Source of the DNA: Rhodoferax sp.
Lineage (GTDB): Bacteria > Pseudomonadota > Gammaproteobacteria > Burkholderiales > Burkholderiaceae_C
Length of the DNA: 62,151 nucleotides
Assembly (NCBI GenBank): GCA_044339205.1
Contig: JBIIVW010000001.1
Coordinates: 1-62,151, forward strand
Direction of reading: 5' to 3'
The notes under the pieces were generated by a model that was not told where the DNA came from, made no database searches, and saw only the letters and a program-made list of their open reading frames with translations. The number at the start of each line of letters is the position of its first letter. The stretch's first letter is position 1. Shown in pieces: positions 10,088 to 17,864 of the stretch. The position numbers were made by a program, and so were the translations under genes.

Positions 10088-10923
10088 CCCCATCGACTGA
10101 CCTCTATTGCGTGATGGGCAACCCCGTGGCGCACAGCAAATCGCCCTGGATTCACGCGCGTTTTGCAGAACTGACCGGCCAGAGCCTGCGGTACGAGAAA
10201 CGCCACATTGCGCTGGACAGCTTTGCAAGCGCCGTATATGCCTTTCGGGCCGAGGGCGGTCTGGGCTGCAACATCACCGTACCCTTCAAGTTTGAAGCTG
10301 CGGCTGTGGCTAGCCAGACCAGCGAGCGCGCCCTGCTGGCCCAGGCGTCGAACACCTTGCGTTTTGAAGGCGACGCCATCCTGGCCGACAACACCGACGG
10401 CATCGGCCTGGTCAACGACATTCAGCGCAACGCCGGCGTTGACTTGTGGGGCCAGCGCGTGCTGCTCATTGGCGCGGGCGGGGCGGCGGCGGGTGTTTTG
10501 GGGCCCTTGCTGCAAGCGCAACCCGCCCATATCACCGTGACCAACCGCACGCGGAGCAAAGCCACCGAGCTGGTCAACCGCCATGCGGCACTGGCTTTGC
10601 TACACAATACAGAGCTACTAACCCAAGAGATATGCCGGCTAGAGGGTGATTTTGATGTGATTATCAATGCCACAGCCAGTAGCCTGCAGGGCGGGTCTGT
10701 GCCCGTGCCGGCCAGCGTCTTGCGACCCGGCGCCCTGGCCTACGACATGATGTACGGCCCCGCCGCCGCTGAATTCATGACTTGGGCCCATGAGCACAGC
10801 GCCAGCCCGCGCGACGGCCTGGGCATGCTGGTGGAACAGGCCGCCGAGGCTTTTCTGATCTGGCGCGGTGTGCGCCCGCCCTCGCTGCAAGTGCTGGCCG
10901 AATTGCGCTCCAGCCTGAAATAG
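10084..10923 (+). CDS. aroE: Shikimate dehydrogenase
   Basis: GNPVAHSKSP, NITVPFK, NTDG, GAGGAA and GLGMLVEQA motifs. Confidence 0.96.
   Translation: MTPSTDLYCVMGNPVAHSKSPWIHARFAELTGQSLRYEKRHIALDSFASAVYAFRAEGGLGCNITVPFKFEAAAVASQTSERALLAQASNTLRFEGDAILADNTDGIGLVNDIQRNAGVDLWGQRVLLIGAGGAAAGVLGPLLQAQPAHITVTNRTRSKATELVNRHAALALLHNTELLTQEICRLEGDFDVIINATASSLQGGSVPVPASVLRPGALAYDMMYGPAAAEFMTWAHEHSASPRDGLGMLVEQAAEAFLIWRGVRPPSLQVLAELRSSLK
10598..10661 (+). repeat. 64-bp motif copy, sense within aroE
   Basis: tgctacacaatacagagc-N18-gccggctagagggt-gattttgatgtgat. Confidence 0.85.
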
Positions 10924-10928
10924 GGCGC

Positions 10929-11693
10929 GTGACCATGAAGCCCCTCTTGCGCTGGCTCGGCTTGCTGGTGGTGGCCGTGCTGGCATTGCAGCTGTTTTTT
11001 GTAGCGCGCATTGCCGCCATGACCGTGATCAACCCGCAGTCCACTGCCTTTCAGCGCTCGGAAGCCTGGCGGGTACTTGTCGACAAAGGCCGCTTGCCCT
11101 GGCGTCAACAGTGGATTCCCTATGCGCAAATCTCGGACAACCTGAAACGCGCGGTGATTGCCAGTGAAGACGATGGCTTCAGCAACCACGACGGCGTGGA
11201 CTGGGACGCCCTGGAAAAAGCCTGGCAAAAAAACGCCAAGGCCGAAGCCCAGGCAGCCAAAAGCCAAGCGGCCAAAAAACCGGTCACCTCGACCCAGAAC
11301 GCAGCGCCCACCATCCGACCGCCCAAAGTGGTGGGCGGCTCCACCATCACCCAGCAGCTGGCCAAGAACCTGTTTCTGTCTGGCGAAAGAACGCTCCTGC
11401 GCAAGGGCCAGGAGTTTGTGCTGACCCTGCTGTTGGAGGCCCTGCTCAGCAAAGAGCGGATTCTGGAGATCTACCTCAACAGCGTGGAATGGGGTGAAGG
11501 TGTGTTTGGCGCTGAGGCGGCGGCGCAACATTACTTTAAAAAGCCCGCCGCCAAGCTCAGCACCTATGAGGCCGCCCGCCTGGCCGTGATGCTGCCGCGC
11601 CCCAAGTATTTTGAGAAACTGCCTAACTCCAGCTACATCGCCGGCCGCGCCAACATGATTGCCAACCGACTGAACAGCGCTGCCTTGCCTTGA
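10929..11693 (+). CDS. mtgA: Monofunctional peptidoglycan transglycosylase
   Basis: ASEDDGFSNHDG, GGSTITQQLAKNL, RKGQE and KERILEIYLN motifs. The start is 10929 or 10935. Confidence 0.93.
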   Translation: MTMKPLLRWLGLLVVAVLALQLFFVARIAAMTVINPQSTAFQRSEAWRVLVDKGRLPWRQQWIPYAQISDNLKRAVIASEDDGFSNHDGVDWDALEKAWQKNAKAEAQAAKSQAAKKPVTSTQNAAPTIRPPKVVGGSTITQQLAKNLFLSGERTLLRKGQEFVLTLLLEALLSKERILEIYLNSVEWGEGVFGAEAAAQHYFKKPAAKLSTYEAARLAVMLPRPKYFEKLPNSSYIAGRANMIANRLNSAALP

Positions 11694-11787
11694 GGGCGGC
11701 GCTTGAACCCTGGTTTCCGTGGCGGGTCGCTTGGGAGCAAAAACTCCCCCGCTGAGGTCTCGTCCGAGCGGGAACTGGGGCAGGCCG

Positions 11788-11851
11788 CGCTGTTAAGCTG
11801 GATTGTCTAGCCGTCAGCCCCCTATTGATTCGCGCGACAAATTACAGGGTT
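11788..11851 (-). repeat. Degenerate 64-bp motif copy, intergenic at the left edge of the accessory operon
   Basis: aaccctgtaatttgtcgc-N18-gacggctagacaat. Confidence 0.5.
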
Positions 11852-11881
11852 TTTGGGAAGGGGGTTTGTATGAAGCCATGT

Positions 11882-14668
11882 TCAGCAGGGCGAATTTTTG
11901 AATTTGTTTCCTATTAGTACACACCCTTGCTCCACTAGCCGCAATGTACCCAAAGCCCCCAAATCAATGATCAGGCCCAAGCCCAAATTGGTCGTAGACC
12001 CCGTCGAAACGCTGGTGTTTGCCGCACCCCAGGATTGACTCATCACGTTGCCAATGTAGGTTCTTGCATAGATCGTTTCGCTGGTGCTCAGACCAATGGC
12101 CATGGTGTTGACAGCACCCATGCTGACGCTGATGTCAATATCCCCGCTATGGGGTTCCGTCACAGAGCCAATCACCGTGGTGGCTTCGGTGTTAACACCC
12201 ACCGTGCCCGTCAAGACTTCCGCAGTTTTCACATTGATTTTGACGTTGCCTTGCACGGGTGCGTCCACCACGCCAATCAGGGTGGTGGCTTTTGTATGCG
12301 CACCCAGGGCAAAGGTCACCAGTTCGCCTGTGACAACCGACATGTTCAGGTTGCCACTCACCACCCCCTGGCTACCCAGCACTGCCGAGCGGCTGGTAGC
12401 CGTCGTGTCATAACCGATACTCACAGCAATGGTATTGCCAGCGCTTTGATTGACGTTTGCAGCGCCTCCCACGCGGCCTTGAAGCACTCCCGCCTCGATC
12501 ACGCTGGTACTGTTGTCGCCAATGGCAGCAGCCACCGCACCAAGAGTCAGGTTGGCAGTCATGCTCAATGGTCCGGTGACGCTTGCATTTGCGGCAAGCA
12601 CACCGGCGCGCACCGTCGCTGCTGAGCTGTTGCCCAGCGCGGCGGCAATGGGCGACAGGGCCGAAATGTTCGAATAATTGACTGTTTGGCCAACCTTACC
12701 GTCGAGGTTGCCGATTTCGATCAAGGTGTGCGTGTCATTACCGACCGCCGCACCCACCATGCCTGTAACGTTGTTGACCATGGTCACACCGCCACCGGCG
12801 CTGCCGCCCAGAGATGCCAGGCGTTGGCTGGCGCTACTTGCGTTGCCAATGGCCACATTGACGGCACCGTTGATGGTGTTGGTGAGTTTGATGTTGCCGC
12901 CAAAGGCCTGGTTTTTATCCAGCGTACCCACAGAGCTCAGCGTTTGTGAGGCTCGCGAATTTGCACCAATGGCACCATTGAGTGCGCCACTGAGCACCAC
13001 CCGGTCATCAAGGTCGAGAAGAGTTTTGATGCCGGCTCCACCCCCTACGCTGGCCAACTGCTGTTGTGCATTGGCCTTCAAGCCAATGGCGACATTGGCG
13101 ACACCCAACGCAACAACTTGATTGCTGACGCGCTCCAGGCTGAGCCTTGTCTCAAGTGGTGCGCCAGCTGTTTGTTGCAGCAAATTGAACACTTTGGTGG
13201 TTTTTGTCCGGGCCTCGTCCCCTGCGCCGGGATCAGCCGAGGTGTCAACGCCGGCCTGAATCGTGGTGGAGAGGTCAGGCACATTCATTTTGTCTTTGGC
13301 TGCAGCAACTGCGGCTGTCAGCTCGGACAACAATTGGGCTTTTTGCACATCTGTCTGTGCCGATGCGGCTCTGAACTGTTTCTCCTGCTTGTCGGCTGTG
13401 TCGATTTTGGCCTGGATTTTTTCGTTCTCCGCGTCCCATTTCACTCGATTTCGAATGGAGTCAGGTGTTTCTGCCTCAACCTTTTTATGTAAATCATGCC
13501 AAGAACAGTGGGCAACGCAATAATCGTCATAGGCCGGATGCTGTCCATCATGTATTGATTTTTCGGCCTTGGCCAGTTTGAGAGCTTGGGCGTTTTGATC
13601 AGCTTTTTTAATCAGCTCAACTTTCACGCGATCAAGCCCACCGCCAACCGCGCTGGCCACCTTCTGGTTGATGCCATCGAGCGCATCTTTGACCTTGCCA
13701 AGCGCACCATCAATGGTCTGGCTGACCCCAGCCAAGCCCTGCTTGACCCGGTCATCAACTTGCGCGTTGGGGTCAGTGATCTTTTTCATGCGGTCATTGA
13801 TTGTTTTGTCAATATCAGTGCTGAAGTTTTTGGTGGCTGTGCTGATCTCCCTCAGAGGCACATCAGCTACCCCCGGCAGGTCAACACCCCGGGTGACGAT
13901 GGACTTCGTCAGCGCCACAATGTTGTTCATGGCATCGTCGAGCCGGGTGTCAATGTTGCCCAAAATCATGTCCATTTGCACTTGGCGGGGGTCCTCCGTT
14001 AGCGGTGCGTTGACATCTGGCATGGCCGGCAACGCGTTGAGCGCTGTGTTGATGCGCGTATTGATGTCACGCATTTGGGGGTTGATGTCTTGGGTGTCGG
14101 GTTGATCAGGCAGGCCGGGTGGGCGAACTGTTACGTCGTTGATCCGAGCATTCACGTCTTTGACAACGTCCAAAACATGCAGGCCAGGTATTTTGACTTC
14201 GGGCAGTTGGGTGGCCACGTTTGAGGTGTCGGGCACCTTGATATCAGGCCTCGCCAAACCGGGCACAGCAACGTCTGGCATATCCATGTCAGGTACAACA
14301 ATGCCCTGCAGCCTCAAGGCAAGGGCTGGCTGGCCGTTGGATGTCTGTGGAGCAGGGTTGAGCCACTGATTGATGGAGGGCGAGTTGCTTGCAGAGCCCG
14401 CCGGGGAGGCCATGCGAGTCTGCCATTGAGAGGCAGTGGCGGCGCTCGTGGCGTCCCCGCCGTCGGCGTCAGCCATGTTTTGCCACCGGTTGAGTTGGTC
14501 TTTTTTGCCGGGGTCGTCGATGACGGTGCGCACTGCGGTCTCCAGCGGTTGCCGGCCCAGAAGTTCTTCAGCCACGTCAGCCTGAGCGGGCGGCAGCTGG
14601 CCTGCGCTTAGCAAGGCAAAGGCCAGCGAAGAGCTGGCCGCGCGAGAAAATTGCCTGTATTTATGCAT
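11882..14668 (-). CDS. Large secreted protein (928 aa): Pro/Asp-rich linker, helical/coiled-coil middle, C-terminal beta-repeat domain
   Basis: Signal peptide ending PAQA-D; about 11 repeats of the type G-x-x-N-x-A-I-G-x-x-S-x-A-x-x-x-(L/I)-(G/A)-x-V. No family recognised. Confidence 0.75.
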   Translation of the reverse strand: MHKYRQFSRAASSSLAFALLSAGQLPPAQADVAEELLGRQPLETAVRTVIDDPGKKDQLNRWQNMADADGGDATSAATASQWQTRMASPAGSASNSPSINQWLNPAPQTSNGQPALALRLQGIVVPDMDMPDVAVPGLARPDIKVPDTSNVATQLPEVKIPGLHVLDVVKDVNARINDVTVRPPGLPDQPDTQDINPQMRDINTRINTALNALPAMPDVNAPLTEDPRQVQMDMILGNIDTRLDDAMNNIVALTKSIVTRGVDLPGVADVPLREISTATKNFSTDIDKTINDRMKKITDPNAQVDDRVKQGLAGVSQTIDGALGKVKDALDGINQKVASAVGGGLDRVKVELIKKADQNAQALKLAKAEKSIHDGQHPAYDDYCVAHCSWHDLHKKVEAETPDSIRNRVKWDAENEKIQAKIDTADKQEKQFRAASAQTDVQKAQLLSELTAAVAAAKDKMNVPDLSTTIQAGVDTSADPGAGDEARTKTTKVFNLLQQTAGAPLETRLSLERVSNQVVALGVANVAIGLKANAQQQLASVGGGAGIKTLLDLDDRVVLSGALNGAIGANSRASQTLSSVGTLDKNQAFGGNIKLTNTINGAVNVAIGNASSASQRLASLGGSAGGGVTMVNNVTGMVGAAVGNDTHTLIEIGNLDGKVGQTVNYSNISALSPIAAALGNSSAATVRAGVLAANASVTGPLSMTANLTLGAVAAAIGDNSTSVIEAGVLQGRVGGAANVNQSAGNTIAVSIGYDTTATSRSAVLGSQGVVSGNLNMSVVTGELVTFALGAHTKATTLIGVVDAPVQGNVKINVKTAEVLTGTVGVNTEATTVIGSVTEPHSGDIDISVSMGAVNTMAIGLSTSETIYARTYIGNVMSQSWGAANTSVSTGSTTNLGLGLIIDLGALGTLRLVEQGCVLIGNKFKNSPC

Positions 14669-14692
14669 CAGAAGCCGCCAATGGCGGTCACA

Positions 14693-15877
14693 TCACTTGG
14701 CTTGCCCAGCCCCTGCAGGCTCGTTCGCCTTGGGCTTGGCAGGCACTCCGTCAGGTACTAATTGAAGGGCGGGGGAATTGTTGGGGCTTGAAGTCGCCAC
14801 GGCCAGCATCACCGGGGCCAACAGTTTCTCGTAAAGCGCCCAGTCGATATCAGGCCCGCCCAGCAGATCGTGCTTGGTGCGGTATTGCATGATGGCCGAG
14901 CGCATGGCCCTGGAATGCTTGCCTTGCGCATCGGTGGGCGCTGCAGTTTTGCCCAACATGCCGAGTTCGCGCAGACGCAGTGCCACACTGTCTAGCCGCT
15001 GCTCAGCCGACAAGCTGTCAAAGGCTTCACGCGCCAATTTGACGCTGGGGTCGTCGTTGCCCAGTTCGGCCAGACATTCCCAGTAAGGAAGGTCGTAGAG
15101 TTTTCCAAACAACTCAATGGCACCCACTTCCACCAGGCTTCGCATACTTTGGCTGATGGCCTGGGCACGGTTCTCACCCAAGTTCATGTTCACACCCAAT
15201 TTGGCAAGGCCCAGCGTGTACTCAGTGGAGTTGGAACGTTTTTCAACGGCCATGGTATTGGCTGAAAACACACCCGGCAAGAGTTGGTAGTTGTTGACCA
15301 GGCCCACGGCCATGTCCAGGGAAATGCTCGACAAACTAAGCGAATTTGAGCTTGAAGCGCCTGCGCCCAAGATTTGATCAGTGATACGCGCCGCGTTGGC
15401 AGAGTAGCCGGCCTGCTTGCTGTAAGGGTCGCTATTGATTTGGGTGACCGCACCGCGAATAAAAAAATCAGGAATGCGCAGCGTCGACTTTCGGGGGTGG
15501 CTATTTTGCAGTGCGACAATATCGGGGGTAGAGCGGTCAAAGGCCACATAACGAATGCCCGCGCTTTGTTTGGACATCTCGGAAATGGCTGAAATGAGCA
15601 TGTCCCGCGTGCCGTAGCCCGCCGTGCCGCGTGCCTCGGAGTAGTCAGGCAGCGTGGCTGCGGTGACATAAATGGGCTGCACCTTGTTGACCAGCATCAT
15701 CTGGTCAAAGCACGCGAGGCCTGGCGTGAAGGAGGTCACAGTGCGCACGGGGTAACGCGTGGACAGCTTGGTGGCTACATCGTTTGGCGGCTCAACCCTG
15801 TGGTGGGTGGCGCAGCCGCTGATGATGGCCAGGGACAACATGGCCCCACTGGTTTGAATGAACCGCTTGATAATCAT
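14693..15877 (-). CDS. CsgG/HfaB-like outer-membrane lipoprotein with probable C-terminal peptidoglycan-binding domain
   Basis: Lipobox ISGC; LACFD, RDMLISA, PDFFIRGAVTQ, ISLDM and SMRSLVEVGAIELFG resemble CsgG/HfaB; the segment SRAMRSAIMQYR..L..G is PG_binding_1-like. Start moved to ATG 15877. Confidence 0.65.
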   Translation of the reverse strand: MIIKRFIQTSGAMLSLAIISGCATHHRVEPPNDVATKLSTRYPVRTVTSFTPGLACFDQMMLVNKVQPIYVTAATLPDYSEARGTAGYGTRDMLISAISEMSKQSAGIRYVAFDRSTPDIVALQNSHPRKSTLRIPDFFIRGAVTQINSDPYSKQAGYSANAARITDQILGAGASSSNSLSLSSISLDMAVGLVNNYQLLPGVFSANTMAVEKRSNSTEYTLGLAKLGVNMNLGENRAQAISQSMRSLVEVGAIELFGKLYDLPYWECLAELGNDDPSVKLAREAFDSLSAEQRLDSVALRLRELGMLGKTAAPTDAQGKHSRAMRSAIMQYRTKHDLLGGPDIDWALYEKLLAPVMLAVATSSPNNSPALQLVPDGVPAKPKANEPAGAGQAK

Positions 15878-15903
15878 GTTTGGCAATGCTTGGGTAAAGA
15901 GGA

Positions 15904-16236
15904 CTACTGGCAACGATTGCCCACATTGATGATGTCGCCCACGATCACCACTTGAATATTGGTGCTAATGGCGGTTGAGGTGGTTTGCACGTTGCCCACC
16001 GACACCGAGCCGCAGTCCACTCGCGACACCTGCTGGGCCAGCTCTTCGGGCGTTTTGCCAAGAAGTCCTGACCGGATTTTTTGGTCGAAGTAATCCTGGT
16101 TGTACAGCAGTGTTTGGGATTTGACGCTGAGAATGCGCCGGTTGGCACTGTCAGGAATCAGACCGGCGCTGTGGGCGGCCTGGGTGAACAGTGTGGTGAG
16201 CAAAGCACCCGCCAGCGCCTGTTTGAAGGTATTCAT
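15904..16236 (-). CDS. Small secreted protein (110 aa) with a C-terminal Cys-bracketed beta segment
   Basis: ATG 16236, signal peptide ending AHS-A; C-terminus DCGSVSVGNVQ...IQVVIVGDIINVGNRCQ. Confidence 0.7.
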   Translation of the reverse strand: MNTFKQALAGALLTTLFTQAAHSAGLIPDSANRRILSVKSQTLLYNQDYFDQKIRSGLLGKTPEELAQQVSRVDCGSVSVGNVQTTSTAISTNIQVVIVGDIINVGNRCQ

Positions 16237-16252
16237 CTCGCAGGCCGATGTC

Positions 16253-16591
16253 TTATTTGTTTCGCTCACAGGCTGTTTTGTGCCCGATTGTGCCAATGGA
16301 TTGGTCGGCGCAGGTGCCTTGACCGGTGGCAGCGTTCATGGCACCGTCAGCGACTATTTTTTCGTTAGTCAACTCCGAGATCTTGCCCGATTCAACGGAG
16401 CCAATGTTTTGCGTCGTGCTGGAGTCCAATCCAGTAGCAGCATTCATCACTCCGGTCGCCAAAATGTCTATGTTGTCCATTTTTCCGATAGTTGGGCCGT
16501 CTTGTGCTGCCTGGGCATAGGCCGCAGTGCTCATGCTCAACGGTACTGCGCAGATTACGGCCAAGGCCAGGGTGTTGATCAAACGTTTCAT
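16253..16591 (-). CDS. Small secreted repeat protein (112 aa), candidate fibre subunit
   Basis: AAGGAG RBS, signal peptide ending AYA-Q, two repeats GVMNAATGLDSSTTQNIGSV and GAMNAATGQGTCADQSIGTI. Confidence 0.75.
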   Translation of the reverse strand: MKRLINTLALAVICAVPLSMSTAAYAQAAQDGPTIGKMDNIDILATGVMNAATGLDSSTTQNIGSVESGKISELTNEKIVADGAMNAATGQGTCADQSIGTIGHKTACERNK

Positions 16592-16612
16592 GAATTACTC
16601 CTTGTTAAAAAC

Positions 16613-16933
16613 TTAAAAAAGCAGATCGCTGATGCCATCTGCCGGTACCTCAAACAAAATGAACTGGTTGGATTCCCGGTTCATCACCTCAAGCTCCAGC
16701 TCGTTGCCCAGCTTGCGGATGTAAATAATCACCACATTCATGACTTCTCCGGTGTCGAGCCAGGCCACTTTGAGCTCTTGCCCCGCTGCAATACCACCCG
16801 GATGAAGCGCTTCCAAAATAGTGATGGCTCGCCCGGTGTGCACCTCAGAGCCATCCTGGGCATGAGCGCCTGAGCACAGAAAACCAAGACCCACCACAAG
16901 TGAAAGCGCAAATTTTTGGAAGATGGTGTTCAC
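16613..16933 (-). CDS. Small secreted hypothetical protein (106 aa)
   Basis: GTG 16933 with an AAGGAG RBS at 16943-16948; signal peptide ending AHA-Q. Confidence 0.7.
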   Translation of the reverse strand: MNTIFQKFALSLVVGLGFLCSGAHAQDGSEVHTGRAITILEALHPGGIAAGQELKVAWLDTGEVMNVVIIYIRKLGNELELEVMNRESNQFILFEVPADGISDLLF

Positions 16934-17032
16934 CTTTTTAAACTCCTTAAAGGGTGCTGATGAAATAATTGGGGTTGGGTGCATCTTCGGACTTCAGTGT
17001 TGCCAATGTTCAGACTTGCGTGCCGCCTTGTC

Positions 17033-17052
17033 TGTCCCCAGTTTTGGTGACA
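17033..17052. promoter_or_regulatory. Inverted repeat, probable binding site of the adjacent response regulator
   Basis: TGTCCCCA-GTTT-TGGTGACA (7/8 symmetric) in the divergent intergenic region. Confidence 0.5.
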
Positions 17053-17204
17053 CACCCTGACCGGGCCTGCACCCATAATCAAACCCATTTACGCGGTTCG
17101 CTGCAGGTGGTTTACTCGTGCTTCAATTGACCCAGCCCCAAGGCGCACCCGCCCAAGACCTGAACCCGGCGCAAGGCCCTTCGCGCCGGAAGCCAGACGC
17201 CGCC

Positions 17205-17864
17205 ATGATTCATGTGGCCATCGTTGAAGACGATGTTGACCTGCAAAACGCCATCGTCAGCGCCATTGAGGCGTCTTCCGACCTTTGCGTGACACACGCT
17301 GCCGGCACCCGGGCGGCAGGATTGAGGCTGCTGGAGCGGCCGCCCGCCGATGTGCTCCTGGTGGATTTGGGCTTGCCTGACGGCTCAGGCATCGATGTGA
17401 TTAGGGCGGCCTACACCTTGTGGCCCACCTGCGCGGTGATGGTTTGCACCACGTTTGCCGATGAGGCGCATGTGCTGCAATCGATTGAGGCGGGTGCCTC
17501 AGGCTACTTGCTGAAAGACGGCACTGCCGGTGACATGCTGGCCGAAATGCGCAGCCTGCACGGCGGCGGTAGCCCCATCAGCCCGCTGATTGCGCGCCAG
17601 ATACTGACGCGCTTTCGGAACGCCCCTGTGCCTGCGCCACAGCAGGTGAGCGCACCTGACAGCAGCGAACACGCGAGCTTGTCAGTCCGTGAAAAAGAGG
17701 TGCTGGAGCTCATCACCAAAGGCTTCACTGCTGATGAAATTGCCAAGCTGATCACGGTGTCGCAGCACACCATTCGCACCTATGTGCGCCGCATTTATGT
17801 CAAATTGAAAGTCACCTCCAAGACCGAAGCCATTTATGAGGCCAGAAGCCAAGGCTTGCTGTAG
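17205..17864 (+). CDS. NarL/LuxR-family response regulator
   Basis: IVEDD, LVDLGLPDGSG and GYLLK receiver motifs; LSVREKEVL..G HTH. Start at ATG 17205. Confidence 0.93.
   Translation: MIHVAIVEDDVDLQNAIVSAIEASSDLCVTHAAGTRAAGLRLLERPPADVLLVDLGLPDGSGIDVIRAAYTLWPTCAVMVCTTFADEAHVLQSIEAGASGYLLKDGTAGDMLAEMRSLHGGGSPISPLIARQILTRFRNAPVPAPQQVSAPDSSEHASLSVREKEVLELITKGFTADEIAKLITVSQHTIRTYVRRIYVKLKVTSKTEAIYEARSQGLL

Noticed and set aside
11882-14668. The 928-aa protein as an autotransporter or RTX adhesin
   Set aside because: It has no C-terminal beta-barrel with a terminal aromatic residue, no GGxGxD repeats and no T1SS or TpsB partner in the locus.
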